64,000 nucleotides of DNA, taken from positions 6,719-70,718 of the forward strand of contig JAMOBD010000008.1 of the NCBI GenBank assembly GCA_039908345.1, given 5' to 3'. Below are positions 27,364 through 39,817 of this stretch, one piece after another (the stretch's first letter is position 1; each line of letters begins with the position of its first letter). The position numbers and the translations under genes are program-made. Below the pieces are notes generated by a model that ran no database searches, was not told where the DNA came from, and was given only the letters and a program-made list of their open reading frames with translations. The DNA is from Magnetospirillum sp. WYHS-4. GTDB taxonomy: Bacteria; Pseudomonadota; Alphaproteobacteria; Rhodospirillales; GLO-3.

Positions 27364-28266
27364 TTGGCAAGGCCCTTCATGACCCGCCCCCGTCTTTTCT
27401 GCTTCGGCCTCGGTTACAGCGCCCGCGTCCTGGCGGCCCGGCTGCGGGCGGCCGGCTGGGCGGTGGCCGGCACCACCCAGCATCCGGACAAGCGCGCCGC
27501 CCTGGAAGCGGAGGGCTACCAAGCCTTCCTCATGGATCGTGGACATCCTCTCGCCGATGCGGCCGGCGCCCTGGCCGGCACCACCCATCTGCTGAGTTCG
27601 GTGCCACCCGACTCGCTGGGGGACGCGGTGCTCGACCAGCATCTGGGGGACTTGCGGGCCATCGCGAACCTCGCCTGGGCGGGCTACCTGTCGACCACCG
27701 GGGTCTACGGCGATACCGGAGGGGCGGTGGTGGACGAAACGGCCCTGGTCGCCCCGACGTCGGAACGTAGCCGGCGCCGTGCCGAGGCCGAAGCCAGGTG
27801 GCGCGTCTCCGGCCTGCCCATCCACGTCTTCCGCCTGCCCGGCATCTACGGACCGGGATCGAGCGCGCTGGACAAGGTGCGGGCCGGCGAGGCCCGGCGC
27901 ATCGACCGCCCCGGCCATCGCTTCTGCCGAATCCATGTCGAGGACATCGCCGAAGTCCTGACGGCCTCCATGAGAAGGCCGAATCCCGGCGCCGTCTACA
28001 ACGTCTGCGACGACGAACCGGCAAGCCCGGCGGAAGTCACCGCCTTCGCCTGCCGCCTGTTAGGCATGGAGCCGCCCCCCCTGGAACCTTTCGCCGAAGC
28101 GGCCAAGGCCATGTCGGCCATGGCGTTGTCGTTCTGGAACGATAACCGCGCGGTCGCCAACGGCCGCATCAAGCAGGAACTGGGCGTGGTCCTGAAATAC
28201 CCCGACTACCGGACGGGCCTGGCGGCAATTCGCAAGGCGGAATCCCCCGGGTCAGACCGACGATAG
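27364..28266 (+). CDS. NAD(P)-binding SDR/epimerase-like protein
   Basis: RLFCFGLGYSA Rossmann start, YLSTTGVYGD, FRLPGIYGPG. The start could instead be the ATG at 27379. Confidence 0.75.
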   Translation: MARPFMTRPRLFCFGLGYSARVLAARLRAAGWAVAGTTQHPDKRAALEAEGYQAFLMDRGHPLADAAGALAGTTHLLSSVPPDSLGDAVLDQHLGDLRAIANLAWAGYLSTTGVYGDTGGAVVDETALVAPTSERSRRRAEAEARWRVSGLPIHVFRLPGIYGPGSSALDKVRAGEARRIDRPGHRFCRIHVEDIAEVLTASMRRPNPGAVYNVCDDEPASPAEVTAFACRLLGMEPPPLEPFAEAAKAMSAMALSFWNDNRAVANGRIKQELGVVLKYPDYRTGLAAIRKAESPGSDRR

Positions 28267-29703
28267 GGCGTTGTTGATCACCCAGTGCAGGTCCTTCAGA
28301 TGCTTGAAGGCTTCCTTCAGGCGGGCCCGCTCGCCGCGCGTCAGCACCGCCGGATCGACCATGTTGCGTTGTCCGGCGATATTGCCGGCCGCCAGGGCGG
28401 CTTGGTGGCGCAACAGGATGCGGGCGATCATCTCGTGGGTGTCGATCAGCCGTTGGGCCTCATCGCAGGGAATGTGCTTGCCGTCGCAAAGCGCCCGCAG
28501 ACGGTCCCGCGTCGAGGCCACCGAAATACCGTGCTTGAGCGCCAGAAGCCGCACCGTGTTGACGATGGGCCAGACGCCGTTGCGCTTCAGGTCGAGCTTG
28601 CCTTCCACCAGCTTGAACCGGTTGAACAAGCCCAGCGGGTTGATGTCGGACACCGTCCCCGCCAGGGCATGGAGGAAGGGTGCCGAGACTCGGGCGCGGG
28701 AGATCAACTCGTCGCGGAGGTTCTCGGCCAGGGTCAAGTCGCCGAACACGGGCCGGAAATCGAGAAAGATGTCGATGTTGAGCAGCGCCGAACCGTCCGC
28801 GCCGCGAACCCAGCCGGTGATTTCCTCCTGCCATTCGGACAGCGAGCGCCGCCACTGCGGGTTGGTGACCATGACGTCGCCCTTGCAGAAGGGGACACCC
28901 GCCCCGTCCAGGGCGGTCGTAATGCGCCGTGCCAGTTCCCCGAACCAGGGCGCCGCCGATTCGTCGCCCGTGTGGACGATGGCGTTGTCCTGGTCGGCAC
29001 CCAGCATGGCCTCGCCGCGGCCTCCCGACCCCAGTACGAGCAACGACCAGGACGCGGGAGCGTCACCCCAGCCTTCCTGGCGCATGCCATCGACCGCCAG
29101 TTCCGCGGCACGCGCCGTGGTGTCGCAGAGCACGGCGCTGATTACCGCCGTGATCGACAACCCGTCGACACCTTCCGCCAGCAGATTGGCGATCAACTCG
29201 GGCAGACGCTTGCGTACCGCATCCATCTGGGCGGCGTCCTGGGCCGTCGAGACCTCGTCGCCGATGGCCAGGGCGTTGGAAGAGCGCAACTTCAGCAGGG
29301 TGCGGGCGGTGACCATGCCGGTCGGCTGCTGCCGCTCGTCCACCGCCACCAAGTGGCGGACGTTCAAGCGGTCCATGCGGCCCAGGGCCGTGTAGACGAA
29401 GGCGTCCTGCGAAACCGATTGCAGCGGCCGCCCCATGACGATGGAGACCGGTTGCTTGAGTCCCTGGCCGCCGGAGCGCGCGACCGCCCGCAGCACGTCC
29501 CGCTCGGTGACGATGCCCAACGCCTGCCCCAAGTCGTCCACCACCACCAGGGAACTGATCTTGGTTTCGGTCATGACTTGGCTCGCCTCGTGGACCGTGG
29601 CCGCGGTGCCGATGGTCCGGACCGGGCGGTTCATCACGTCGCGAATGCGGTGGCGATAGGGAAAGCTGTCGAGGGCCTTGAGCGGCTTCGTGTCGAGTTC
29701 CAT
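28252..29703 (-). CDS. CBS-pair protein with DUF294 putative nucleotidyltransferase and substrate-binding domains
   Basis: 483 aa from MELDTKP. Two CBS motifs (VMNRPVRTI..., ISSLVVVDD..GIVTERDVL), then LLVLGSGGRGE...GADQDN, a GlnD-like NTase motif. Confidence 0.75.
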   Translation of the reverse strand: MELDTKPLKALDSFPYRHRIRDVMNRPVRTIGTAATVHEASQVMTETKISSLVVVDDLGQALGIVTERDVLRAVARSGGQGLKQPVSIVMGRPLQSVSQDAFVYTALGRMDRLNVRHLVAVDERQQPTGMVTARTLLKLRSSNALAIGDEVSTAQDAAQMDAVRKRLPELIANLLAEGVDGLSITAVISAVLCDTTARAAELAVDGMRQEGWGDAPASWSLLVLGSGGRGEAMLGADQDNAIVHTGDESAAPWFGELARRITTALDGAGVPFCKGDVMVTNPQWRRSLSEWQEEITGWVRGADGSALLNIDIFLDFRPVFGDLTLAENLRDELISRARVSAPFLHALAGTVSDINPLGLFNRFKLVEGKLDLKRNGVWPIVNTVRLLALKHGISVASTRDRLRALCDGKHIPCDEAQRLIDTHEMIARILLRHQAALAAGNIAGQRNMVDPAVLTRGERARLKEAFKHLKDLHWVINNALSSV

Positions 29704-29794
29704 GGGGGCGTGGCTCTTCGCACTGCAGCAAAACGCTGCCTTGTTAACACGGAAGCGCTTGCTCCGCAAAGAAAAGTTCGACGCCGTCTATGGG

Positions 29795-30811
29795 TTAGGC
29801 CAGACGCTCGGCCTGCTTCAGTTGAGGCCGGAAGCGGCCCAGGTAGGCTGGCAGGATGCCTTCGGCCGCGGTGGCGCCGACTCCCAGGCCGGCCTGGGTA
29901 GGCAGGGTTCCGGTGGCGATGTTGTCGCGCCCCAGCAGGATCACCTGGTCCTTGGTAAGCAGCGGCTTGGGCAGCAGGCCAAGGATGGCCGCCTGAAGCC
30001 GGGCCAGCCAGAAGGGCACCGGCATCAGCCAGCAGCGCCGGCCGGTAGCCGATAGCACCAGTTCCATGACCTCCTTGAAACTGTAGGTCTTGGGACCGAC
30101 CACCTCGAAAATCCTGCCCTTGGCCGCCGTGTCGGTCAGCGCGGCGCGCACGGATTCCGCCACGTCCTCCACATAGACCGGCTGGAACCTGGGGCCGCCC
30201 CCGCCATAGAGGTCGATGTCGACCAGCGAATCCCCGCCGCCGAACAGGGTGACCTTGGGCGGGAAAGGGGCGCCCATCACCGGCAGCACCGGCGAGACGG
30301 TCGCCAGGCTGGCGAACAGATTGAAGAATCCGTCCTCGGGTCCGAAGACCACGCTCGGACGCAGGATGGTGGCCCCGGGAAAGGCTTCGAGAACCGCAGC
30401 CTCGCCTTCCGCCTTGGTGCGGGCATAGGCCGAGGGGGACGCCGCATCGGCCCCCAGGGCGGACACATGGACCAGGCGCTTCACCCCGGCGGCGGCGGAC
30501 GCCTTGGCGACGATGGCGGCACCCTCGGCGTGGATGAGCCGGAAGGTGGCGCGGCCGCTCTCGTAAAGAATCCCGACCAGATTGACCACCGCCTGGGCGC
30601 CCTTGACCACCAGGGCCACGGCCTCCGGATCGGTGACACTGGCCTTGATGGGCACGATCTGGCCGGGGCCGCCCAACGGCTTAAGGAACGAGGCCGCTTC
30701 GGTATCGCGCACCGCGACGCGCACGGTGAAGCCATCGGCGGCCAGCCGCTGGACCACGTGCCGCCCCAGGAATCCCGATCCGCCGAATACGGTGACGATG
30801 CGTCGCGCCAT
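29795..30811 (-). CDS. complex I NDUFA9-like NAD(P)H-binding SDR
   Basis: MARRIVTVFGGSGFLGRHVV...YARTKAEGE...ILRPSVVFGPED is the NDUFA9/39-kDa-subunit homologue pattern. Confidence 0.85.
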   Translation of the reverse strand: MARRIVTVFGGSGFLGRHVVQRLAADGFTVRVAVRDTEAASFLKPLGGPGQIVPIKASVTDPEAVALVVKGAQAVVNLVGILYESGRATFRLIHAEGAAIVAKASAAAGVKRLVHVSALGADAASPSAYARTKAEGEAAVLEAFPGATILRPSVVFGPEDGFFNLFASLATVSPVLPVMGAPFPPKVTLFGGGDSLVDIDLYGGGGPRFQPVYVEDVAESVRAALTDTAAKGRIFEVVGPKTYSFKEVMELVLSATGRRCWLMPVPFWLARLQAAILGLLPKPLLTKDQVILLGRDNIATGTLPTQAGLGVGATAAEGILPAYLGRFRPQLKQAERLA

Positions 30812-30954
30812 GGCTTGTTCCTCCTTGGATACCGGAACCGGCTTACACCCTCCCGGAGAACGGCGTCAACAGTGCCCCGTTGACAGGACGATCCGAGGCG
30901 GGTAGACGTGTGCCTCCTGTCGCTCCGGCGGCGGGGGAAAGGCTGATTCCCGGT

Positions 30955-31041
30955 GCCCAGGTGGCGGAATTGGTAGACGCGCTAGATTCAGGTTCTAGTG
31001 GCCGAAAGGTCGTGGAAGTTCGAGTCTTCTCCTGGGCACCA
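30955..31041 (+). tRNA. tRNA-Leu (anticodon CAG)
   Basis: Acceptor gcccagg/cctgggc, anticodon stem ctaga/tctag with loop TTCAGGT, long variable arm, encoded CCA. Length 87 nt. Confidence 0.95.
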
Positions 31042-31076
31042 CTTCTCCCTTCCTCCAGGATGGAGGGGCCGACCCG

Positions 31077-31703
31077 ATGACCGACCGCAAGCCCGTGATC
31101 GAACTCCACGAAGGCGATCTGCCGGCAGGCATTTCGTTTGGGAACTCCGTGGCGGTCGACACCGAGACCACGGGTCTCCATCCCCATCGCGATCGCCTCT
31201 GCCTGGTCCAGCTTTCGGCCGGCGACGGCGTCTGCCACTTGGTGCGCATCCACCGCGACCGCGACGCCGCCAACCTGAAGGCGCTGTTCGCCGATCCGGC
31301 GGTGGTCAAGATTTTCCACTTCGCCCGCTTCGACGTGACCATGATCCGCCGCCATCTGGGCGTCGACTGCCGGCCGGTCTATTGCACCCGCATCGCCTCG
31401 CGCCTGGCCCGCACCTATACCCAAAGCCACGGCCTCAAGGACTGCTGCAAGGAACTGCTGGGCATCGAGATTTCCAAGGAACAACAGTCCTCCGACTGGG
31501 CGGCCGCCGAGTTGTCGCCAGCCCAGCGGGTCTACGCCGCCACCGATGTCCTGCACCTGCATGCCCTGCGCGACAGGCTGGACGCCATGCTGGCCCGCGA
31601 GGGAAGGCGGGACTTGGCGCGGGCCTGCTTCGATTTCCTGGGCACCCGCGCCGAGCTGGATCTGGGCGGCTGGGCGGACGAGGACATCTTCTCCCACTCT
31701 TGA
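31077..31703 (+). CDS. rnd: short-form ribonuclease D / DEDDy 3'-5' exonuclease
   Basis: VAVDTETTGL, KIFHFARFD and YAATDVLHL are the Exo I-III motifs. Confidence 0.85.
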   Translation: MTDRKPVIELHEGDLPAGISFGNSVAVDTETTGLHPHRDRLCLVQLSAGDGVCHLVRIHRDRDAANLKALFADPAVVKIFHFARFDVTMIRRHLGVDCRPVYCTRIASRLARTYTQSHGLKDCCKELLGIEISKEQQSSDWAAAELSPAQRVYAATDVLHLHALRDRLDAMLAREGRRDLARACFDFLGTRAELDLGGWADEDIFSHS

Positions 31704-31771
31704 GCCAACGGCGTTCGCCGGAAAGTCCAGGCTTCCGGATTCCGGGCCGGGAGTGCCGCAGGAAAAGCGCC

Positions 31772-33574
<1,803 letters not shown>

Positions 33575-33891
33575 GAGCGAGCTTCTATACCGCCCGCGTC
33601 CGCTTGCCAAGCCTGGACGCACCGCACTCGCGATGTCCCGTCGACGGGCAGGGCGTTGCCAGCAGTTCTAATTTTGGCCTGAGGCGAGAATCAGGGGATT
33701 GAACGAAACCGCTTCGCGGCAGGGGAGTGAGGGAGGCGGCGAGACCTCCTGTCGACGAGCGCCTGAATGCCGACCTCAAGCACGCCATTCCTGCCCGAAC
33801 CAAGGACAAACTCAAATCGGCGACCAACGGACACGCTATACCGCGTAGAGACTTCTTCCTGCCGGGGCAATAGCTTGGATTCGTTGCCCTG

Positions 33892-34863
33892 TCAGAACCA
33901 GCCCGTCTTGAGGGACTCGGTAGCCCCCACCAGGGCGCGGCGGATGCCGGGTTCCATCACCGAATGTCCGGCGTCGGGAACTACGACGTAGCGGGCGTCC
34001 GGCCAGGCATCCGCCAGTTCGCGGGCGTTCACCGCGGGGCAGATCATGTCGTAGCGCCCCTGCACGATGATGGCCGGCCGATGGCGCAGGCGATGGACTC
34101 CGGCCAGCAGGTGCCCTTCCGGCATGAAAAGAGCGTTGCGGAAGTAATGCGCCTCCAGGCGCGCCAGCCCAAGGGCGGCCGGAGCATCCCCCGACAGGGC
34201 CAGGGCCATGTCGGGGTCCGGCGGCAGCAGGGTCGAGCAGACCGTCTCGTAACGACTCCAGGCCCGGGCCGCCGGAAAGTGCACCGCCGGGTCGGGATGG
34301 TCGAGGCGCCGCCAATAGGCGCCAAGCAGGTCGTCCCGCTCGCCGGCCGGGATGGGCGCGGCGAATTCCGCCCAGGCTTCGGGAAAGACGGTGCGCATAC
34401 CGTAGAGAAACCAGTCGACCTCCCGGCGCCGACAGAGAAAGACGCCGCGCAGCACGAAGCCGCTGCAACGCTCCGGATGGGCGATGCCATAGGCGAGCGC
34501 CAGGGAAGCCCCCCAGGACCCTCCGAACACCAGCCAGCGCTCGATGTCCAGCATCCTGCGCAGGCGTTCCATGTCCTCGACCAGATGAGGCGTGGTGTTG
34601 GCGACCGTCGATCCGTGGGGCAGCGATCGCCCGCAGCCGCGCTGGTCGAAGATGACGATGCGGTAATGCAGGGGATCGAAGAAGCGGCGATGGTTGGGGC
34701 TGGCGCCCGCGCCCGGCCCGCCGTGCAGGAAGACCACCGGGCGCCCTTCCGGATGGCCGCTTTGCTCCCAGTAGATCCGATGGCCGTCGCCCACATCAAG
34801 CCAGCCCTTCTCGAAAGGTTCGAAGGGAGCGAACAGATCGGTGCGGATACGGCTTTCGTCCAT
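33892..34863 (-). CDS. pip: prolyl aminopeptidase (proline iminopeptidase)
   Basis: 323 aa. VVFLHGGPGAG, DQRGCGRS, GGSWGASLAL (nucleophile elbow), DAGHS. Confidence 0.9.
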   Translation of the reverse strand: MDESRIRTDLFAPFEPFEKGWLDVGDGHRIYWEQSGHPEGRPVVFLHGGPGAGASPNHRRFFDPLHYRIVIFDQRGCGRSLPHGSTVANTTPHLVEDMERLRRMLDIERWLVFGGSWGASLALAYGIAHPERCSGFVLRGVFLCRRREVDWFLYGMRTVFPEAWAEFAAPIPAGERDDLLGAYWRRLDHPDPAVHFPAARAWSRYETVCSTLLPPDPDMALALSGDAPAALGLARLEAHYFRNALFMPEGHLLAGVHRLRHRPAIIVQGRYDMICPAVNARELADAWPDARYVVVPDAGHSVMEPGIRRALVGATESLKTGWF

Positions 34864-34888
34864 GGCGGAACCATTATAGGACGTAGGC

Positions 34889-35632
34889 ATGGGTTGTCTC
34901 GGGGAAAAGGCCATGGGCTTTCTCGCCGTACTGCTGCTGGTGGTTTCGTCCCCGGCGCTGGCGGACGGACCGGTGCGGGCCGTGCTCGACGGCGACACCC
35001 TGGTGGTGGAATCGGTCCAGGTCCGCTTAGCCGGCCTGCTGGCGCCCAAGGGCGACGAGGCGGGCGCGGCCGCGGCGCGCGAGGAATTGGAATCCCTGGC
35101 CCTGGGCCGGCGCCTGATTCTCGACGACGAGGAAAGGCCCATCGACCGCCATGGACGGCGGCTCGCCCAGGCGACCTTGGAGAACGGCACGTGGCTTCAG
35201 GGCGAGATGCTGCGGCGAGGCCTGGCCCGGGTGCAAACCCTCCCCGACGCCCGAGGCCGGGCCCGCGAGATGCTGGCGCTGGAGGCCGAAGCCCGCACGG
35301 CCCGCCGAGGACTCTGGGCCGACAAGGCCTGGCGGCCGCGCGGCCCGGTGCCCGGTCCGCTGCTCAAGGAAGCCGGCAGTTTCCAACTCGTCGAAGGCCG
35401 CGTGGCGGCGGCCGCCAGGGTCAAGGGGACGGTGTACCTGAACTTCGACGACAATTGGCGCACCGACTTCACCGCCGTCCTCGGCAAGGCGGCACTCAAG
35501 CTGTTCAAGGCCGATGGTGTCGATCCCCTGGCCTACAAGAGCCGCCTGGTCCGGGTACGCGGCTGGCTGGCCAGCCGCGACGGCCCGGCGATCGACGTCA
35601 CTCACCCCGAACAGATCGAAGTCCTGGAATAA
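34889..35632 (+). CDS. thermonuclease (SNase-like) family protein
   Basis: Signal peptide. VLDGDTLVV...VRLAGLLAPK...RHGRRLAQA...EMLRRGLARV...EAEARTARRGLWAD is the SNase pattern. An alternative start is the ATG at 34913. Confidence 0.8.
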   Translation: MGCLGEKAMGFLAVLLLVVSSPALADGPVRAVLDGDTLVVESVQVRLAGLLAPKGDEAGAAAAREELESLALGRRLILDDEERPIDRHGRRLAQATLENGTWLQGEMLRRGLARVQTLPDARGRAREMLALEAEARTARRGLWADKAWRPRGPVPGPLLKEAGSFQLVEGRVAAAARVKGTVYLNFDDNWRTDFTAVLGKAALKLFKADGVDPLAYKSRLVRVRGWLASRDGPAIDVTHPEQIEVLE

Positions 35633-37096
35633 TCAACCGGCGATGACCTTGATGGGCTGACCGGGCGTGACTTCTTGGCCGGGCTGCAGATCGTTGAGCA
35701 GTCGGAAAGCCTCGCCGTTGTATTTCCCGAAAGGCAGGGTCTGGGCCAGTTTGTCGGCGCTGTCGGCCTTGCCCACGGGAACGACGATCAGGCGCTGGGC
35801 CTGGACCTTGGCGGCCTCTTCGGCGGACAGGCGGCGGAAACTGTAGGTGGTCCGCTGGAAGTCGGTGGTCCAGGCGGAGGACTTTCCCGACGGCGCGATG
35901 AAGGCGAGCCGGAACATGTCCGATCCGTCCCCCTGCAAGGCGACGACGCGCACGTCGACCGGCTTGTTGCCCATGGACCCCTTGGTGGTGGCGGTGGCGG
36001 CGGGAATGCCGTTGACCGTGATGGAGTCCAGGTTCGACAGGGAACTCGAATTGGCCAGCCATTCGTTGCGGATGTAGTTGGCGGGCGAATTGCTCCGCTT
36101 GGGGTGCCCCGTGTCGAAGACGATGGTGCCGCCGTCCGGATGGCGGGCGGTGACCTTGGTCGGCGAATTGACCAAGCGGAAGCCTTCCGGCACCTCGTAC
36201 TCGAAGCGCATCTTGGGATGGACGAAGCGGCGCCCCTGGCTGATGCCCTGTTCGGGATCGTCGCCGTAAAGCATGCCGTTGATCCGGTCGAGGTACTCCT
36301 GGCGGCGGATCGCCGCGCCCTTCTGGCGAGTGACTTGGGCCTGGGCCTGGGCTTCCTTGACCCGATCCACGGTGCGGGGATGGGTGGACATGACGTTGTA
36401 TTCGTCGACCTTGCCCGCCGGCAGGCCCATCATCCTCGCTTCCAGCATGCTGTGGTCGCGCAGGGTATTGAGGAAGCTGACCATGGCATCGGGCTCGTAG
36501 CCGGCCTTGCTCATGTAGCGTACGCCCAACAGGTCGGCCTCGAACTCCTGATCGCGGGAGAAGCCCTGCAGATAGGCCTGCGCGCCGTAGCCGGCCAGGC
36601 TGGCCAATCCCTGGCCTCCGGCCACGCTCAACACCACCAGACCGACCTGGGCCAGGGTCGCCTTGCTCAGGCGTTCGGCGGTATGACGTGCGTTGACGTG
36701 GCCCAGCTCGTGCGCCAGCACGCCGGCCATTTCGGCCTCGTTGGACGCCAGCGCCAGCAGGCCCCGCGAAATGAAGACCTGGCCGCCCGGCAAGGCGAAG
36801 GCGTTGATGATCGACGAGTTCAGGATCGTGAACTTGTAAGGAAAATTTGTGTGCTCGGTATGGACGGCAAGCCGAAGCCCGACCTCGGTGACGTAGGAAT
36901 CGATGCGCGGGTCCGTGTAGGCGCCGCCGAATTCCTTGGTCAGCTTGGGGCCTTCCTCCTTGCCGATGCGGATATCGTCTTCCTCGGAATAGAAGCCGGT
37001 GAAGGCGGTACGTCCGGTGGGGCTGGTCGAGACGCAACCGGACAGGGCGGCGGAGGCGATCAGCGTGGAAGCGAAGCGGCGGCGCGAGACGAGCAT
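35633..37096 (-). CDS. M48-family zinc metalloprotease lipoprotein
   Basis: Lipobox LSGC and zinc motif HELGHVNARH. The stop abuts the convergent SNase gene. Confidence 0.85.
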   Translation of the reverse strand: MLVSRRRFASTLIASAALSGCVSTSPTGRTAFTGFYSEEDDIRIGKEEGPKLTKEFGGAYTDPRIDSYVTEVGLRLAVHTEHTNFPYKFTILNSSIINAFALPGGQVFISRGLLALASNEAEMAGVLAHELGHVNARHTAERLSKATLAQVGLVVLSVAGGQGLASLAGYGAQAYLQGFSRDQEFEADLLGVRYMSKAGYEPDAMVSFLNTLRDHSMLEARMMGLPAGKVDEYNVMSTHPRTVDRVKEAQAQAQVTRQKGAAIRRQEYLDRINGMLYGDDPEQGISQGRRFVHPKMRFEYEVPEGFRLVNSPTKVTARHPDGGTIVFDTGHPKRSNSPANYIRNEWLANSSSLSNLDSITVNGIPAATATTKGSMGNKPVDVRVVALQGDGSDMFRLAFIAPSGKSSAWTTDFQRTTYSFRRLSAEEAAKVQAQRLIVVPVGKADSADKLAQTLPFGKYNGEAFRLLNDLQPGQEVTPGQPIKVIAG

Positions 37097-37183
37097 CGTA
37101 ACCCTCTTTGAAACGGACGACAGGAACGTAGAGAATACTCCCTAATCTTTGCGGCGGCAAAATGGCGGGAAGGGACGAAGGGA

Positions 37184-37777
37184 TCAGCCCTTCATGGCCA
37201 CCATCAGACGCGCCAGTTCCACCGCCGTCTTGACCCCCATCTTCTCGAAGACGTGGGCACGGTGGACTTCGACGGTACGCATGCTGATGCCCAGGCGGTC
37301 GGCGATCACCTTGTTCATCCGGCCTTCGAGGATAAGATCCATGACCTGGCGCTCCCGCTCGCTCAAGGAGGCCAGGCGGGCGGCCAGCGAATCCGCGCCG
37401 GCTTGCCGGGCGCGCCGCCGGGCGTCTTGGGCCAGGGCCTCGATCACCTTGTCGACCAGATCGTTGTCGTTGAAAGGCTTCTCCACGAAATCGAAGGCCC
37501 CCTTCTTGAGCGCCTGCACGGCGATGGGGACGTCGCCATGGCCGGTGAGGAAGATCACCGGCAGGCGGCAACCTCGATCCCTGATGCGGTCGAACAGGTC
37601 CAGCCCGCTCATGCCCTCCATGCGGATGTCGAGCACCAGGCACCCGGCGGCCGGTTCCTGTCTTGCCAGGAAGGCCTCGGCCGAGGGATGGGCCTCCGCC
37701 TCCAGTCCGCGCGAGGACAGCAGCCAGGTGAGGGAATCCCGGATCGCCTCGTCATCGTCGACGATATGCACCTTCAT
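37184..37777 (-). CDS. dctR: FixJ/LuxR-type response regulator for C4-dicarboxylate transport
   Basis: 197 aa. Receiver domain (VHIVDDD...LDIRMEGMSG) plus LuxR HTH (LSERERQVMDLILEGRMNKVIADRLGISMRTVEVHR). Positioned as in R. capsulatus dctSR next to dctPQM. Confidence 0.8.
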   Translation of the reverse strand: MKVHIVDDDEAIRDSLTWLLSSRGLEAEAHPSAEAFLARQEPAAGCLVLDIRMEGMSGLDLFDRIRDRGCRLPVIFLTGHGDVPIAVQALKKGAFDFVEKPFNDNDLVDKVIEALAQDARRRARQAGADSLAARLASLSERERQVMDLILEGRMNKVIADRLGISMRTVEVHRAHVFEKMGVKTAVELARLMVAMKG

Positions 37778-39669
37778 GGCTCGGCCATGGGCAGCGCGAA
37801 GCGGAAGACGCTGCCCCCTTCCGGATTGCCTTGGAACCACAAACGGCCCCGATGCTGCTCGATCACCGAGCGGCAGATGTTGAGCCCCATGCCCATGCCC
37901 TCGCTCTTGGTGCTGAAGAAGGGGGTGAAGAGCCGGTCGACCGCATCGGGCATCACGCCCGTCCCCCGATCGGCCACCGCGACCAGAATCATACCCTCGG
38001 CCTCCGTCGTCGACACCAGAAGACGGCGGTCCGCGGCCGGAGTCTCGATCATGGCCTCCATGCCGTTGCGTATCAGGTTCAACATCACCTGGCCCAGCAT
38101 GATGCGGTCGCCCAGCACCAGCGGCCGGACGGCCCGGATGTCGGTTTCGATACGTACTCCGCGCTGGCGGGCGTCGGCCTCGACGAACCCGATACTGTCT
38201 TCGATGACGTCGTCCAGGAAACAAGGCGCCATGTTGGGCTCGCTCTTGCGCACGAAGTCGTGCACCCGGCGGATGATGCGTCCGGCGCGTTGCGCCTGCG
38301 CCGCCAGCTTTTCCACCGCCTGGATCAGATCCTCCCGGACGAATTTTCCCGAAGCCAGCTTGTTGAGGCAGCCGGTGGCATAGCTGGCGATGGCGGCCAA
38401 GGGCTGGTTCAATTCGTGGGCCAGGCTGGAGGCCATTTCCCCCATGGTCACCAGACGGGCGGTCTGCTGCAGCTTTTCCTGCTCGCGCGCCGCCAACTCC
38501 TGGGCCCGTTTGCGGTCGGTGATGTCCAGCACCGACCCCATCCAGCCGGTGTGGCGACCGTCGGCGCCGATCAGCGGCGCCTCATAGATCAGGGCATCGA
38601 ACAGGTCGCCGTCGCGTCGGCGGAACTGCAATTCGAAGCCTTCCCGCGGTGCCTGGCCATCAAGCACGGCCTGATTGAGGGCCATGGTGGCCTCTACGTC
38701 CTCGGGCAGCCAATAGGGCATCGGCGGCGACCGGCCGACCAGATCTTCGGCCGGCCAGCCCACCATGCGGCAGAAGGCCGGATTCACGTAGGTGATGCGG
38801 CCCTCCAGGTCGCGGGCCCGCATGCCGACGGTCAGGGAATCCTCCATCGCCTTGCGGAAGGCATGTTCGGCGTGCAGGGCCTGTTCGGCCGCTACCCGCC
38901 GCTGGATATGGCGGCGCACCGCCCACAGGCTGAGGATGGCCGATACCGCCAGACCGAGGATGGCGGCCGCCAGGGCGTTGCGGGTAAACGAGGTCTCGGA
39001 CGGGTAGACCGATGCCTTCAGGGCCATGTCGTGGCCGGGCGGATCGAGGGGGACGACGTAGCTGCGGCCCGGCTCGACGGCCAGGCGCGACTTGGTACCC
39101 AGTTCGTTGCCGTTGCCGTCGACGATGGAAACCCGGTACTTCTCCGCCACCCACCAGGGGACATGGGACCCCAGCAGATCGTCCAGGGAAAAGATGGCGA
39201 CCAGCATGGCGGCCAGTTTCCCGTCGCGGAACACCGGCACCTGCATTTCGAAGCCGGTGCCGCCCGGCGGGGTGCTTACCGGGCCGCTGAAGGCCCGCTT
39301 GCCGAGTTTGGCCGCCATGGTGAAGGTACCCCCTTCGACGGGCGCCTCGCCGCCCGCCGAGGGGGGGACCGCCGCCAGTATCCGCCGGTCGGGCCCCAGC
39401 AGCAGGATGCGCTCGATCTCGGGCCCGTTGGCCACCAGATGGCCGGCGGTGGCTTTGAAATGGGCCATGTCCAGATGGCGGCGGGCCAATTCCTCCGCCA
39501 AGTGCTCCAGACGCTCCTCGGCGGTGGCGAGTTGAAATCCCAGGTTCTGTTCGACCCACAGGATGTTCTTGATAAGGGAATGGTATTCCTGTTCACGCTC
39601 GCTGCGGTAGAGAAGCCACAGGAAGGCCCCCAGCAGCAGCACGACCAGCACGATGGCGGCCAGGGGCAT
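37774..39669 (-). CDS. dctS: sensor histidine kinase for C4-dicarboxylate transport
   Basis: Two TM segments flank a periplasmic domain, followed by PAS, H-box MASSLAHELNQPL and HATPase_c. The 4-nt overlap with dctR is seen directly. The start is uncertain: ATG at 39669 or TTG at 39744. Confidence 0.75.
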   Translation of the reverse strand: MPLAAIVLVVLLLGAFLWLLYRSEREQEYHSLIKNILWVEQNLGFQLATAEERLEHLAEELARRHLDMAHFKATAGHLVANGPEIERILLLGPDRRILAAVPPSAGGEAPVEGGTFTMAAKLGKRAFSGPVSTPPGGTGFEMQVPVFRDGKLAAMLVAIFSLDDLLGSHVPWWVAEKYRVSIVDGNGNELGTKSRLAVEPGRSYVVPLDPPGHDMALKASVYPSETSFTRNALAAAILGLAVSAILSLWAVRRHIQRRVAAEQALHAEHAFRKAMEDSLTVGMRARDLEGRITYVNPAFCRMVGWPAEDLVGRSPPMPYWLPEDVEATMALNQAVLDGQAPREGFELQFRRRDGDLFDALIYEAPLIGADGRHTGWMGSVLDITDRKRAQELAAREQEKLQQTARLVTMGEMASSLAHELNQPLAAIASYATGCLNKLASGKFVREDLIQAVEKLAAQAQRAGRIIRRVHDFVRKSEPNMAPCFLDDVIEDSIGFVEADARQRGVRIETDIRAVRPLVLGDRIMLGQVMLNLIRNGMEAMIETPAADRRLLVSTTEAEGMILVAVADRGTGVMPDAVDRLFTPFFSTKSEGMGMGLNICRSVIEQHRGRLWFQGNPEGGSVFRFALPMAEP

Positions 39670-39817
39670 CGCATGCAGGGTTTCGCGAGCGGGTTTCGGC
39701 CTATTCTCCACGGGATCTCCGGAAATACTTGCGGATATCCACAATAGCGAAAGCCGACCCGTATCGCCAACATGTTACAGGGTGCGCGCCGCGCATGACA
39801 GGAGAAGGAGGATATCC

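Noticed and set aside
33575-33891. The 317-nt gap between lepA and pip, containing the GTCGAC-centred palindrome CCCGTCGACGGG and a GGGCAA...TTGCCC hairpin, as a possible sRNA.
   Set aside because: No promoter-terminator pair is discernible. The region is most simply the lepA promoter/5' UTR plus the pip 3' end, and I cannot support an RNA gene from sequence alone.
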